A stretch of DNA of 64,000 nucleotides, taken from a virus. Below are positions 25,777-36,029 of this stretch, one piece after another. How positions within the stretch are numbered: the first letter of the stretch is position 1; every line of letters begins with the position of its first letter. Made by a program: the position numbers and the translations under genes. The stretch lies in IMG/VR virus record IMGVR_UViG_3300021365_000008, positions 15,656 to 79,655 of that record. One strand, 5' to 3'. The notes beneath the pieces are model-generated. The model saw only the letters and a program-made list of their open reading frames with translations. It ran no database searches and was not told the DNA's origin.

Positions 25777-26048
25777 GTAAGTATTACAGTGATCCTTCTG
25801 TGCGCAAGCGTATAGATAGTTTGTTAGAGATTAACGCACGTATTCAGTCTAACTTAGGGACTAGGGGTGCGTATGATGTTGGTTCTACTTCTATAGCTGA
25901 CCAGATGTGGATTCAGTTTCTTGTAGAGATTCGGCAGTTAGATGCGGAGTTTTATAGTATTGTAGCTACTTCGGTGGAGAAAGAGATGGTGAGTAAGAAA
26001 ATCTATAATAAGTATCGTTTCCGTCAGGAACGTAGTGCTCATGTATAA
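25773..26048 (+). CDS. Hypothetical protein
   Basis: 91 aa; IDSLLEINARIQSNLG. Confidence 0.7.
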   Translation: MSKYYSDPSVRKRIDSLLEINARIQSNLGTRGAYDVGSTSIADQMWIQFLVEIRQLDAEFYSIVATSVEKEMVSKKIYNKYRFRQERSAHV

Positions 26049-26054
26049 TTTTCT

Positions 26055-26063
26055 TATATTTCG
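26055..26063 (+). promoter_or_regulatory. Possible -7 box variant upstream of the Tad1-like gene
   Basis: TATATTTCG, one mismatch to TAnnTTTG, in a 30-nt intergenic gap. Confidence 0.35.
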
Positions 26064-26078
26064 GGTAAATATTTTACC

Positions 26079-26387
26079 ATGGAAATTGTCAAGCCAGGGA
26101 TAGAGTATCGGTTGCACAGCTTTAAGTCGGAGACAGAATACCAGACAGTTCGTTTTACGGAGAAGACGCCTGCTGGATTTAATCCTGGTACTACGAATGA
26201 GGAGGTGGTGTCGATGCTTATCGACCGATTATATGCACTACAGACGAAGAACTTTTCTGTAGAGAATCAATGTTGCATCATTATGCTGAAGAACGTTCGA
26301 ACGCTGTTCAAGAAGCGGTTGAATCGTAAGATAGATAGAGTAAACAAATACCAAGAGCAGAATGCAGTTGGAGATCAAAACAAGTGA
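26079..26387 (+). CDS. Tad1-like anti-defence sponge protein
   Basis: PG..Y, QTVRF, GTTNEEVVSMLIDRLYALQ..NFSVEN, KRLNRKIDR, NAVG; collinear with recalled Tad1 motifs. Confidence 0.65.
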   Translation: MEIVKPGIEYRLHSFKSETEYQTVRFTEKTPAGFNPGTTNEEVVSMLIDRLYALQTKNFSVENQCCIIMLKNVRTLFKKRLNRKIDRVNKYQEQNAVGDQNK

Positions 26388-26709
26388 AAAAAGTTTTCAT
26401 CGCCATTATTTAGAATTATTGAATGGTATCTTGAAGCTGACTCCAAGGGAGCTGGATACGTTGTTGCAGTTTCTGCAGCACGACCCAGAAGTAGCTTGTA
26501 GTATGAAGGCGCGTAAGGTTGTAGCAGACGCTATGAACTTTAAAAATGTATCAGTGCTGAATAACTACGTCAAGAGCCTAAAGGATAAGAAAGTAATTTA
26601 CAAAGACAAAGCAGGGGTCTACCGGTACAATGATATTGTCAAACCTAGCGCTAGTCTTGAGCAACTTACCTTCAAATTCATCGTCGAAGAAACCGCTTTT
26701 CAAACTTGA
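26362..26709 (+). CDS. Winged-helix DNA-binding protein
   Basis: LTPRELDTL...SVLNNYVKSLKDKKVIYK. Confidence 0.65.
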   Translation: MQLEIKTSEKSFHRHYLELLNGILKLTPRELDTLLQFLQHDPEVACSMKARKVVADAMNFKNVSVLNNYVKSLKDKKVIYKDKAGVYRYNDIVKPSASLEQLTFKFIVEETAFQT

Positions 26710-26851
26710 ATACGAGATTGAATCGCTTGACGTGCTGTTTGCTTTCGAGTATCGCATGGCAGTCGAGCTTGAAGATCAAGACGTAGAGTATGAAACCGAG
26801 ATTAGTATTGACACAGCTACGTACCACATCACATATTTTGTATATGCCTAG
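26630..26851 (+). CDS. Acidic hypothetical protein; start uncertain
   Basis: C-terminal ~50 aa fill the gap between the wHTH and HU genes. Confidence 0.45.
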   Translation: MILSNLALVLSNLPSNSSSKKPLFKLEYEIESLDVLFAFEYRMAVELEDQDVEYETEISIDTATYHITYFVYA

Positions 26852-27077
26852 AGTCAACAAACTTAAGCAGGAGATTATTAAAGAGATTCTTGAAGAGGAC
26901 GGGGGTAGCTATGACGAGGTGAACGCAGTTGTAGAAAGCCAGTTTGCTTTTTTAAAACGAGAGATGGAGCACGGCGCTTTTAGTACTATACGCCTACCCT
27001 ATTTTGGGAAGTTCTATGTGAAACCGGGACGATTATCACGTTTGAACCATGCGGTTATTTCGAGAGGAGAACTTTAA
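26844..27077 (+). CDS. HU/IHF-like DNA-binding protein
   Basis: VNAVVESQFAFLKREMEHG...IRLPYFGKFYVK; likely start MPRVNK. Confidence 0.8.
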   Translation: MPRVNKLKQEIIKEILEEDGGSYDEVNAVVESQFAFLKREMEHGAFSTIRLPYFGKFYVKPGRLSRLNHAVISRGEL

Positions 27078-27612
27078 GGTGGTTGTCAATACCGAGCTAA
27101 AGCTCATACCAGAGTTTAAGAGCCTGATTACGCGTGACCGTACCGCAGACAAGAAGACAGCTGTTAAGGAATTTAGCTACATCTATTTCATCTACGACCA
27201 CCGTAGTCCTTACTATATATATCCGGAAGAGGAGCGCATGTTACGCGTAGCTACGGACACCGGACTAGGACAAGATTATAAGCCTGATGGCAAAGTTGAA
27301 GCTGCTGTATCAAAATACCTTGAGCTATCTAAGACTCCGACTATTAAGTCTCTTGCATCTATACGCGAGGGTCTGCTTACTAGCAGTCGGCTTATTGATT
27401 CTTTGCGTGAGCGTATTGATGCTGCTCTTACTGATCCTGATTTGGAAGACCTTGACCCTATTGTTCGCTCCGTCACGCGTATGCTTGAGATTTCTGAAAA
27501 GCTCCCAAAGGCGATTGAAAACATTACGACTTTAGAAGAGAAAGTCAAGAAAGAAGAGTCTAATGACACGCGCATCAAGGGTGGTGGTAAAAAAGGAATG
27601 TTTGAAGACTGA
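27049..27612 (+). CDS. Putative terminase small subunit
   Basis: Directly upstream of terL; helical, C-terminal RIKGG. Confidence 0.55.
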   Translation: MRLFREENFKVVVNTELKLIPEFKSLITRDRTADKKTAVKEFSYIYFIYDHRSPYYIYPEEERMLRVATDTGLGQDYKPDGKVEAAVSKYLELSKTPTIKSLASIREGLLTSSRLIDSLRERIDAALTDPDLEDLDPIVRSVTRMLEISEKLPKAIENITTLEEKVKKEESNDTRIKGGGKKGMFED

Positions 27613-29624
27613 TGCTAGTTAATACTCAAGAGTTTAGTCGTGCGGGTAAGCACTTTTTAGAGCACGGCTTTTACTGTGGCGACCCTGTAGGGAGTGCCGC
27701 ATACTACGAGTATTGGAGCGAAGAACTACGCCGCTGCCGTGACGGATACAGCGTGGGCGCTGTAACTATTACCGGTCATCACTACTTCTACCTCAACTAC
27801 GTACAGATAAAGCTGACTGACAAGACGAACCGTAAGATTGTCAGTTTCCCTTATTTCTGGGATGGCGACTATGAATACTTCTGGTTGCAACATATTGCCC
27901 GTAATGGCATCGAACCAGCAGAGTACAAGCGGCTGCAATTGAGCACGTTCGTACCGGAAAGTCATATGAATGGTGGGCGTCATTTGATTGTAGGTAAAGC
28001 ACGGCGTAAAGGATTTTCGTACAAGAATGCTGCTTTAGTGACGAACACCTTCAATACTGAAAAGAACAGTTATACGCTTCTTTGCGCGTTTGACAAGAAG
28101 TACTTATACCCTAAAGGTATAATGGCGATGGTAACTGACAACATGAACTTTATCAATGAGCATACCGGTTGGGCAAAACGCCGGCAGGTTGTAGACAAGC
28201 AGAACCACCGTCGCGCTAGTTACCTAGAGTATATGTCAGGTCAGCAGGTAGAGAAGGGGTACAAGTCAGAAGTCGAAGCCATTACATTTAAAGATAACCC
28301 AGACGCTGCTCGTGGTAAAGATGCCTCTATAGTCATATTTGAAGAGTGTGGCGCCTTCGACAATCTTAAGGCGTCGTATCTAGCAACCAAGCCTACAGTT
28401 GAAGATGGAGGCATCACAACTGGGCAAATGATTTTGTTTGGAACGGGGGGTGATATGGCCGGTGGGACGATAGACTTTGAGTCTATGTTTTACAACCCAG
28501 AAGCTTATAACTTGTTGCCTATCAGTAACATATGGGACGAGGGCGCCGATCATACTACCTGCGGTTACTTCTTTCCGTCCTACAAAAACAAAGTAGGGCA
28601 CATGGACAAGGATGGCAACAGCGATGTAACGGGGGCACGACAGTCAGAAGGAGCTACCCGCGAGCAAATTAAACGCGATGCTAAGGATGCTGGTGTGTTG
28701 GATAAACACATCACTGAATACCCATTTACACCTAAAGAAGCATTTTTACAACATACGAGTAATGTGTTTCCTACGGCACAGCTGATGGAGTGGCGCAATG
28801 AATTGGTGCGTAGCGGTATTTACAAGTCGTTGGCTGTAGCCGGCCATTTAGTAGAGACTAAAACCGGCGTCGTTAAACTACAGCCAGATGACCGGTTACG
28901 GCCAGTAGTGAAATTTCCGGTGCAACGGGGCGACGATACCAAAGGATGTGTAGTTGTGTATCAAAGCCCTTATAAAGAAAACGGAGAAGTTCCTCAGGAT
29001 TTGTATATTATTGCACACGACCCTTATGCGCAAGACGGATTTGGGAAATCTTTAGGTGCCGCATATGTAATAAAACGGGTAAATCCTTATAGTAAACCTG
29101 ACGATATGGTAGTAGCTAGTTATGTTGGTCGACCAGAAACGCAGGATGAATACAACAATAATTTATTTTTGTTGTCAAAGTACTACAATGCAAAGATCGG
29201 ATTTGAAAACGACCGAGGTGAGGTTATTCCTTTTGCAAAACGGTATAAGCTTATGAATTATCTCATGCCAGAGGTTGAGATATTTGATAAGTCAGATAAT
29301 GTGCGCATCAGAAAACTAGGCCGTAACTACGGTATGAGTATGGGTAGCAAAGAGCGCAAAGGACAAGCAGAAATATACTTAAGAGATTGGCTTAAAACCA
29401 AACGAACAACAACCGAAGAGGGAGAAACAAAACTCAATCTTCACTACATATATGATATAGCTCTTATTGACGAGCTTGTCAAGTATAACCGGCGGGGTAA
29501 CTTTGACCGGGTATCAGCAATGTTAGTAGGCATGTTCCATTTGAAGGACTTGCATACAAAAGAAGTACAGATTGTAGAGCAAGCATCAAGTGATTCTTTT
29601 TTTGATCGAGCCTTCTTCGCATAA
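27612..29624 (+). CDS. terL: Terminase large subunit
   Basis: GKARRKGFSY Walker A, IFEECG Walker B, FGTGG, nuclease HDPYAQD...FDRVSA. Confidence 0.95.
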   Translation: MLVNTQEFSRAGKHFLEHGFYCGDPVGSAAYYEYWSEELRRCRDGYSVGAVTITGHHYFYLNYVQIKLTDKTNRKIVSFPYFWDGDYEYFWLQHIARNGIEPAEYKRLQLSTFVPESHMNGGRHLIVGKARRKGFSYKNAALVTNTFNTEKNSYTLLCAFDKKYLYPKGIMAMVTDNMNFINEHTGWAKRRQVVDKQNHRRASYLEYMSGQQVEKGYKSEVEAITFKDNPDAARGKDASIVIFEECGAFDNLKASYLATKPTVEDGGITTGQMILFGTGGDMAGGTIDFESMFYNPEAYNLLPISNIWDEGADHTTCGYFFPSYKNKVGHMDKDGNSDVTGARQSEGATREQIKRDAKDAGVLDKHITEYPFTPKEAFLQHTSNVFPTAQLMEWRNELVRSGIYKSLAVAGHLVETKTGVVKLQPDDRLRPVVKFPVQRGDDTKGCVVVYQSPYKENGEVPQDLYIIAHDPYAQDGFGKSLGAAYVIKRVNPYSKPDDMVVASYVGRPETQDEYNNNLFLLSKYYNAKIGFENDRGEVIPFAKRYKLMNYLMPEVEIFDKSDNVRIRKLGRNYGMSMGSKERKGQAEIYLRDWLKTKRTTTEEGETKLNLHYIYDIALIDELVKYNRRGNFDRVSAMLVGMFHLKDLHTKEVQIVEQASSDSFFDRAFFA

Positions 29625-29635
29625 AACGACTTCGT

Positions 29636-31834
29636 ATGTTCCAAATACCTAAACAAAAAATACCCCGGTCACGTAAGACCCAAGAGTGGACAAAAGAATG
29701 CATACGTGCATTTATCAACCGTTCTTCATTCAGTACTAGCACGAAGCATACGTTACAGACGTATTACGAAGCGTACAATGGTAACATTCGTGAGGCAGAT
29801 TACAATTATGTAACTAATCCCTATAACTCGGAGGCTTGGGCAAAGAAGAACTTTCCTGCACGTCTGCGCAACTACAACATCATAAAACCTATAGTGGATT
29901 TGTTGCTGGGCGAGAAAGCAAAGCGTCCACTAGCGTATCAAGTAGTTGTCCGTAATGCGGATATACAGTCACGGTTCGATAAGTATCGTCAAGAGAAATA
30001 CCGTGAGTATCTAGAACAGGTATTTGTAAACGAAGCTAATGAACAAGGGTTAGATACCGGTCAGCCATCTGAAGAGATGCCGGTAGCTGATGAGTTTATG
30101 GAACAGGTACTTAATAGCTATCGCGATTCACGAGCAATTATAGGACAAGAGGTACTGAACTATTTATTTGACTGGCTGCACTTGGAGGACAAGATGCAAA
30201 AGCTATTCTTTGATTGGCTTGTAGCTGGGGAGTGCTACACCTACAAAGATGTAAGCATGAACGATGTTGACTTTGATGTCGTATCGCCGTTGGATATTGA
30301 CTACGAGAAGGGACCGGATGTAGAATACATTGAGGACGCTGACTGGGTAGTACGCCGTCAAATTATGAGCGTCAACCAAGTAGTCGACCGTTTCTACGAT
30401 GTGCTGTCACCAAAAGACATTGACCAGCTAGAAATGCCTACAGATAAAGCACGTGATGGTTATGGTGGGGTGCAGAGTATGTTCATTAACAAGGCTGAAG
30501 ACGACGAGTCGGATCGTATGGTTGAAGTCATGCACGTCTGCTGGAAGTCGTTTAGCCGTGTAGGTATTTTGAAGTATGTAGATGACTTAGGTCAGGAACA
30601 GGAAATGGTTGTTGATGAGACCTACAAAAAAGACGAAGACGAGGAAATAAAATACTACTGGGTAAACGAGGTGTGGGAAGGATATCAGATTGATAACAGC
30701 ATTTTTGTGTCTGCGCAACCTCATAATGTCCAGCGCAATGAGATGAACAATATCTCAGTATGCAAGCTGCCTTACAATGGCCGTGTGTATAGCAACAGGC
30801 ATTCTGATAATATCAGCGTGGTTAGCATGGGCTTGGCTTATCAGGTGTTATACAATGTATTTCATTACCGGTTAGAGCTGTCTATTGCCAAGAACAAAGA
30901 CAAGATTATGCTTATGGAAATGAATACCATTCCTAAGCGCCACGGTTGGGACGAAGAGAAGTTTATGTACTACGCAGATGCTATGGGCTTTGCGTTCATT
31001 GACTCTACTGCAGAGGGACGTAGCGGCGAACGCGTGACCTTTAATCAGTTCCAAGTACTGGATATGTCGCTTGGTCAGTATATCGCTAGTCAGTTCCAAT
31101 TGTTGCAGGCAATTAAGGCTGAGTGGGAAGAAATGATTGGTGTAAGTCGCCAGCGTAAGGGTCAAGTAAAAACTTCTGACGGTGTGGGCGTAACAGAACG
31201 CGCAATTTTCCAGTCGTCAGTAATTAGCGAAGAGCTATTCCGCAAGTTTGAAACTTTTATGGAGCGCGAATACAACGGATTAATTGATGTTAGTAAGGTT
31301 GCATGGCGTGAAGGCAAGAAAATGACATATGTAACGTCTGATTTGCGCACAGCATTGATTAATATCGACCCATTGGAGTACCAAGAAGCGGAATATGGTG
31401 TATTTGTGAAGAACAATAGCCGTGAGCAAGACAAGCTAAGTCAGATGAAACAATTAACTATGGCATTTGCCCAGAATGGTCAGCAGCCAGGTACGATTGC
31501 AGAAATTCTTGACAGCAACAACTTCAGTAAAATCAAGAAATTGCTGGCAGACGTAGATGTCAAGCAAAAAGAAATGGAACAAGCTCAGCAACAAGCTCAG
31601 CAACAAGCAATACAAGCACAATCTCAAGCACAGGCGCAAATGAAGCAACAAGAGCAAGCATTTGACGCAGATCAAAACGAACGCGACCGTGTATTGAAGC
31701 TTGAACTTAAGAAGATGGACTTAGCTGGAAAGATATCATCTGATGCGGATGGCAATGGCCGAAAAGACGAGATTGACAAGGCACGACTAGAAATTGAGCG
31801 TGAAAAAGTGAATGTCCAGAAGCAAAAAAGTTGA
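29636..31834 (+). CDS. Portal protein (crAss type)
   Basis: 732 aa after terL; RLRNYNIIKPIVDLLLGE; Q-rich C-terminal coiled coil. Confidence 0.92.
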   Translation: MFQIPKQKIPRSRKTQEWTKECIRAFINRSSFSTSTKHTLQTYYEAYNGNIREADYNYVTNPYNSEAWAKKNFPARLRNYNIIKPIVDLLLGEKAKRPLAYQVVVRNADIQSRFDKYRQEKYREYLEQVFVNEANEQGLDTGQPSEEMPVADEFMEQVLNSYRDSRAIIGQEVLNYLFDWLHLEDKMQKLFFDWLVAGECYTYKDVSMNDVDFDVVSPLDIDYEKGPDVEYIEDADWVVRRQIMSVNQVVDRFYDVLSPKDIDQLEMPTDKARDGYGGVQSMFINKAEDDESDRMVEVMHVCWKSFSRVGILKYVDDLGQEQEMVVDETYKKDEDEEIKYYWVNEVWEGYQIDNSIFVSAQPHNVQRNEMNNISVCKLPYNGRVYSNRHSDNISVVSMGLAYQVLYNVFHYRLELSIAKNKDKIMLMEMNTIPKRHGWDEEKFMYYADAMGFAFIDSTAEGRSGERVTFNQFQVLDMSLGQYIASQFQLLQAIKAEWEEMIGVSRQRKGQVKTSDGVGVTERAIFQSSVISEELFRKFETFMEREYNGLIDVSKVAWREGKKMTYVTSDLRTALINIDPLEYQEAEYGVFVKNNSREQDKLSQMKQLTMAFAQNGQQPGTIAEILDSNNFSKIKKLLADVDVKQKEMEQAQQQAQQQAIQAQSQAQAQMKQQEQAFDADQNERDRVLKLELKKMDLAGKISSDADGNGRKDEIDKARLEIEREKVNVQKQKS

Positions 31835-31891
31835 TATTAATAAAGAAATTAAACTTTAACGTAAAAACGTCATATAATTCGGTATATCAAA

Positions 31892-31899
31892 TACTTTTG
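31892..31899 (+). promoter_or_regulatory. Bacteroidota -7 box
   Basis: TACTTTTG, 5 nt before the scaffold ATG. Confidence 0.5.
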
Positions 31900-31904
31900 T
31901 AATA

Positions 31905-32993
31905 ATGGGAGAAGAAAAATCACTCGATTTAAGTCAGGTTAGTGTAGCTAATTTGCTTAATGATGAGGCTCCGTCAAACATCCCGGAGCCTGAGACAGAA
32001 ACAGTAGAAGAAGCTGTAGCTGAACCACAAGTTGAAGAACCTGTACAAGAAGACACAACGGTTGAAGAACCTGTTGCAGAAGCAGGTACAGAGGTAGATG
32101 AAGTGGATACAGAACCGGTTTCTGAGGAAACGTCTGAACAAACTGGGGATGACACAAGTGTAATTGATGTACTTCGCTCTAAGTTTGGCTATGAGGTAGA
32201 GGGCGATTTTGAGGAAGACTATGACGGTGTTGTAGCATTTACTCAAACAGTCGCTAACGAAATAGCTAAAGAGCAGTTGGATTCAGTTTTCGGACAGTAT
32301 CCAGATGTTGAGCAGTATTTGCAGTACCGATATAACGGAGGCGACCCTAAAAAGTATTTCCAGGCTACAGCACCTCAGGTAGACTATGGTTCTATTGATA
32401 TTGATGCTGAAGATGTAGGAACGCAACGTGCAGTAGTGCAAGAGTTTCTACGTCGTAATGGATATACTGACGATGAGGCCAAGGAGACAGTACAAGAGTA
32501 TGTAGATGCGGGTATCCTAGAACGGCATGCTACGCGCAGTTTAGGTAAGCTCAAAACGATGCAAGAGCGAGAAGCGGCTACTATTATGGAGCAGCAACAG
32601 AAAGAAGCGCAAGCGCGTCAACATCAGGTACAGGAACAGTGGACAAACATTAAGTCTACCATTGATACCGGTCGAGTTCGAGATTTTGAAATTCCTGCAG
32701 CAGACCGCAAGAAGTTTTTTGGTTGGATGAGTGAGGCAGTTGATAACCAAGGAAACACGCAACGACTGATTGATCGTCAGTCTATGAATATTGAAACACA
32801 GGTTGCTATGGAGTACTTGTTGTGGAAGAATTTCGACCTCAATAAGCTTGTAGCAAACTCAGCAAATACAGCTAAGGCTCAAAACCTTAAGCAAAAGCTA
32901 CAACGAAATAATACAGCAGCAAAGCGCATGAAGGGAGGACAGACCTCTTATAAAGCGCCGAAGAAGTTACCATCATTGAAAGATTTACTATAA
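31905..32993 (+). CDS. Scaffold-like protein upstream of the major capsid gene
   Basis: Long acidic E/P-rich N-terminus, helical core, crAss gene order. Confidence 0.7.
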   Translation: MGEEKSLDLSQVSVANLLNDEAPSNIPEPETETVEEAVAEPQVEEPVQEDTTVEEPVAEAGTEVDEVDTEPVSEETSEQTGDDTSVIDVLRSKFGYEVEGDFEEDYDGVVAFTQTVANEIAKEQLDSVFGQYPDVEQYLQYRYNGGDPKKYFQATAPQVDYGSIDIDAEDVGTQRAVVQEFLRRNGYTDDEAKETVQEYVDAGILERHATRSLGKLKTMQEREAATIMEQQQKEAQARQHQVQEQWTNIKSTIDTGRVRDFEIPAADRKKFFGWMSEAVDNQGNTQRLIDRQSMNIETQVAMEYLLWKNFDLNKLVANSANTAKAQNLKQKLQRNNTAAKRMKGGQTSYKAPKKLPSLKDLL

Positions 32994-33014
32994 CCCTTAA
33001 TAATTTTCTTTATC

Positions 33015-34442
33015 ATGTCTGCTGACAACATTAAAAAGCTTCGTTTATACGAAGACACTTTTAACAGCGCATCGATGACTGATGAGAATAGCTTAGCTGC
33101 TGCTCTCCTCACTCAACCAGATGTGTTGTCCCCTGTAATCACTCATTTGTCTGGCCAAGAAGACAAGCGTTTCCCGCTTTCTTTCTTGACAGAAGGTATG
33201 GGTGCAACTAAATACATCAATGACGTTGAGTACGATTACCCAGTTATGGGTCGTCTGAACAAGGCTGTTGAGTGTACTGCTCAATCTGGTACTGGTGGTA
33301 ACCACACTCGTATTAAGTTGACTTTTCCAGAGCGTTGGTTTGTACGCCAATACATCTTGGAGGCTCCTGACGGAACTCAGGTTCGTGTTATGGATGACCC
33401 ACAAGCAGTTGCTGGTGGTTATGAGTACAGCGTTCAGTTGGTTGCTGCTGACGGTACGGGTGTAGGCTCTACTGATTTCGTAAACAAGATGTTTGTTCAG
33501 TTGTACGCTCCGGCTGCAATGAGCGGATCTCGCGGTAACGAAAGCCACTGGGTTGCACCTTCTAAGATGCGTAACCAAATCAGCTTGATTCGTAAGTCTT
33601 ACGCATACGAGGGTAACATGCCTGACCGTATTGTGAACTTCGAATTCAATGTTGGTGGTCGTTCAACTAACTTGTGGTACGACTTTGAGGAGTATCAGCA
33701 TATGTTGCGTTGGAAGGAAGAGACTGAATACGCATTGTGGTACTCTCAGTACAACCGTGACGCTAACGGTCTTATTCACTTGAAGGACGATAACGGTAAG
33801 CCAATTACTTTGGGTTCTGGTGTCCTCGAGCAGATTCCTAACGTTGACACTTACTCTTCTTTGACTGCATCTAAGATTAAGTCTGTTGTTCGTGACGCTT
33901 TGTATGGCGCTACTGATGCTCAGCAGATGAACATCGTGTTGTTTACCGGTATCGGTGGTATGGAAGAGTTCGACAACGCGATGAAGTCTGAGATTTCTAA
34001 CGGTACGTACATCAAGAATACTGACCCGAATTCGTTCATTTCTGGTAGCGGTCGAAACCTCCAACTCGGTGGCTTCTTTACTTCTTACCAGCACATTGAC
34101 GGTCACGTAATCACGGTACGTCACTTGCCTCTGTTTGATCACGGAGCACGTGCGTTGAACGCAGATCGTCATCCAGTAACTGGTTTGCCAATGGAATCAT
34201 ACCGCATGGTTTTCCTCGATATGAGCACATACGATGGTGAGCAAAACGTTCAGTACATCTCCCGTAAGGGTCGTGAGTTAGTCCGTTGGGCTGTTGCAGG
34301 TGCATCTGTACCTCCAGGATTCGGCGGTAACGCTCTCCGCGCTACTGACGTTGACGGTTCTGCAGTACACTTCATGAAGGAGTGTGGTGTTGCTATCCGT
34401 CGCGCTACAAACTGTCTACACTTGGAATGCACCAAGTCGTAA
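33015..34442 (+). CDS. Major capsid protein
   Basis: 475 aa, strong codon bias, GSRGN...KMRNQISLIRKSY, followed by a terminator. Confidence 0.92.
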   Translation: MSADNIKKLRLYEDTFNSASMTDENSLAAALLTQPDVLSPVITHLSGQEDKRFPLSFLTEGMGATKYINDVEYDYPVMGRLNKAVECTAQSGTGGNHTRIKLTFPERWFVRQYILEAPDGTQVRVMDDPQAVAGGYEYSVQLVAADGTGVGSTDFVNKMFVQLYAPAAMSGSRGNESHWVAPSKMRNQISLIRKSYAYEGNMPDRIVNFEFNVGGRSTNLWYDFEEYQHMLRWKEETEYALWYSQYNRDANGLIHLKDDNGKPITLGSGVLEQIPNVDTYSSLTASKIKSVVRDALYGATDAQQMNIVLFTGIGGMEEFDNAMKSEISNGTYIKNTDPNSFISGSGRNLQLGGFFTSYQHIDGHVITVRHLPLFDHGARALNADRHPVTGLPMESYRMVFLDMSTYDGEQNVQYISRKGRELVRWAVAGASVPPGFGGNALRATDVDGSAVHFMKECGVAIRRATNCLHLECTKS

Positions 34443-34461
34443 GATAGGTTTTGGTTAAGCT

Positions 34462-34494
34462 AAGGGGGAGGCAGAAAAACCTCCCCCTTTTCTT
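34462..34494 (+). terminator. Intrinsic terminator after the major capsid gene
   Basis: 10-bp stem AAGGGGGAGG/CCTCCCCCTT followed by TTCTT. Confidence 0.88.
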
Positions 34495-34523
34495 CTAATA
34501 GAAATTCACTAGATAAAATAGAT

Positions 34524-35333
34524 ATGTCATCACATTTAATCACCGTTAATCGTCGGCCAAACTACACTAATCTGCCCGACGAAATCTACGCCGAGTCCAA
34601 GCGTAAAATTGGATCTGTTTTTACAGCTTCTGGCGATATTGTAAAAGGCTTGAACTTTGCAGAACAGAAGCAGTATTTACCTGAAATTATTGGCATTAGT
34701 CCGACAGATGCTGAATTTGGCCGTGCTTGCAAAGAGTACTACTTGAACTTAACAGTTGAAGTACCGATGGCCGGTTTAGATTTAGAAGTTGGTCTGGACG
34801 ACGGAGGTCATCCGTTAAGCGTTATTGATTACGTCAAGTACAAGTTCTTATTGGCTCATCCATATGTAGCTAAAGAAGAAGACGAACTTGATGGCAATAA
34901 GCGTTTGAAATATTATATTTCGGATGGACGCAAAGAGTTGATGCAGGCTTCTGCAGATCTTGTCCTACGAAAGAAAGCGTACAAAGAGTACATCAAGCTT
35001 AGCGATAACGAAGACCGTATGGATATGGTTCTTCATGTTTATGGATACAATCCTGCTAAGCTTGCAAAGGATGAAAAAGACTTGCAGTTAGAAGAGTTGC
35101 AAGAAGATAATCCTGAGTACTTTATCGATATTTGTACCGATAAGAATTTAGAGATGACTGCATTAATTAATCAGTCGCTATCTCTTGAGGCCTTGCGTCG
35201 AGTTGGCAATAGTATTTTAGATGGAGACATTGTCCTAGGTGACTCGATGGAAGAAGCCGTCATCTTCCTGAAAGACAAGAAAAATTCTAATGTACTGACG
35301 GCGTTAAAAGCCAAGCTAAAGGCTTTCGCATGA
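34524..35333 (+). CDS. Conserved crAss-like protein downstream of the capsid gene
   Basis: 269 aa in the conserved position after MCP. Confidence 0.7.
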   Translation: MSSHLITVNRRPNYTNLPDEIYAESKRKIGSVFTASGDIVKGLNFAEQKQYLPEIIGISPTDAEFGRACKEYYLNLTVEVPMAGLDLEVGLDDGGHPLSVIDYVKYKFLLAHPYVAKEEDELDGNKRLKYYISDGRKELMQASADLVLRKKAYKEYIKLSDNEDRMDMVLHVYGYNPAKLAKDEKDLQLEELQEDNPEYFIDICTDKNLEMTALINQSLSLEALRRVGNSILDGDIVLGDSMEEAVIFLKDKKNSNVLTALKAKLKAFA

Positions 35334-35334
35334 T

Positions 35335-36027
35335 ATGACCGTTCAAGAGATGCACTATGCAGTAGACCAGGGGTTACAAAAAGTAGCTTCCTCGGTTTAT
35401 GATTATTTCCTTCCTGAAGAAGTTGACTTTTGGTTAAACCGCGCTCAGGAACGATTTATAAAACAGCGTCTCGGTAAAGTAAGTGATCCCAAGCGTCTAG
35501 GCTTTAGTGAAACCACTAAACGCCTGGACGACTTGCGGCTCATTATTACTTCAGATTATGAAGACAGTGTGGTAGCATCTACTGCACCGGAATTCATCAA
35601 TTTTGACCTGCCCATTGACTATATGTTTTTAGTTAATGCGCGGGTCAAGATGTATGTAGACCACTGCGGTAATCCAGTGACGTCTGACTCTCCGTCTACA
35701 ACACGTGATGTACGTATCGTAGAGCAGGATAAAGTATACGCTATGCAGCAGAATCCATTTGGAAAAACTAAACCGGATTACCCTTTGGCAATCATTTTTG
35801 ATGATGAGGTTCGGGTGTATCAGGATAGCGAAAAGTTTATATTAGAAACATTATACTTAGATTACCTTAGGCAGCCAGTGCAAATCACCTTATCTTCGAG
35901 CATTGACTGCGAGTTAGCAGAACACACGCACCACGAGATTATTGACATCGCGGTGAAGAGCATCATCGAGGCAATAGAGTCACCTCGATATCAAACCACT
36001 TCTATTGAACAACAACAATCTGAATAA
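35335..36027 (+). CDS. Tail ring / head-tail connector protein
   Basis: EEVDFWLNRAQ, LDYLRQP, HHEIIDIAV; crAss ring-protein-like. Confidence 0.7.
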   Translation: MTVQEMHYAVDQGLQKVASSVYDYFLPEEVDFWLNRAQERFIKQRLGKVSDPKRLGFSETTKRLDDLRLIITSDYEDSVVASTAPEFINFDLPIDYMFLVNARVKMYVDHCGNPVTSDSPSTTRDVRIVEQDKVYAMQQNPFGKTKPDYPLAIIFDDEVRVYQDSEKFILETLYLDYLRQPVQITLSSSIDCELAEHTHHEIIDIAVKSIIEAIESPRYQTTSIEQQQSE

Positions 36028-36029
36028 AG

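Noticed and set aside
17867-29624. Introns or inteins in polA or terL
   Set aside because: Both ORFs are continuous, of normal length, with collinear motifs.
31570-31650. Tandem CAAGCTCAGCAA repeats
   Set aside because: They simply encode the Q/A-rich coiled coil of the portal.
33093-34172. Long antisense ORFs (161 and 169 aa) opposite the major capsid gene
   Set aside because: Explained by the strong codon bias of the sense gene; no independent start context or motifs.
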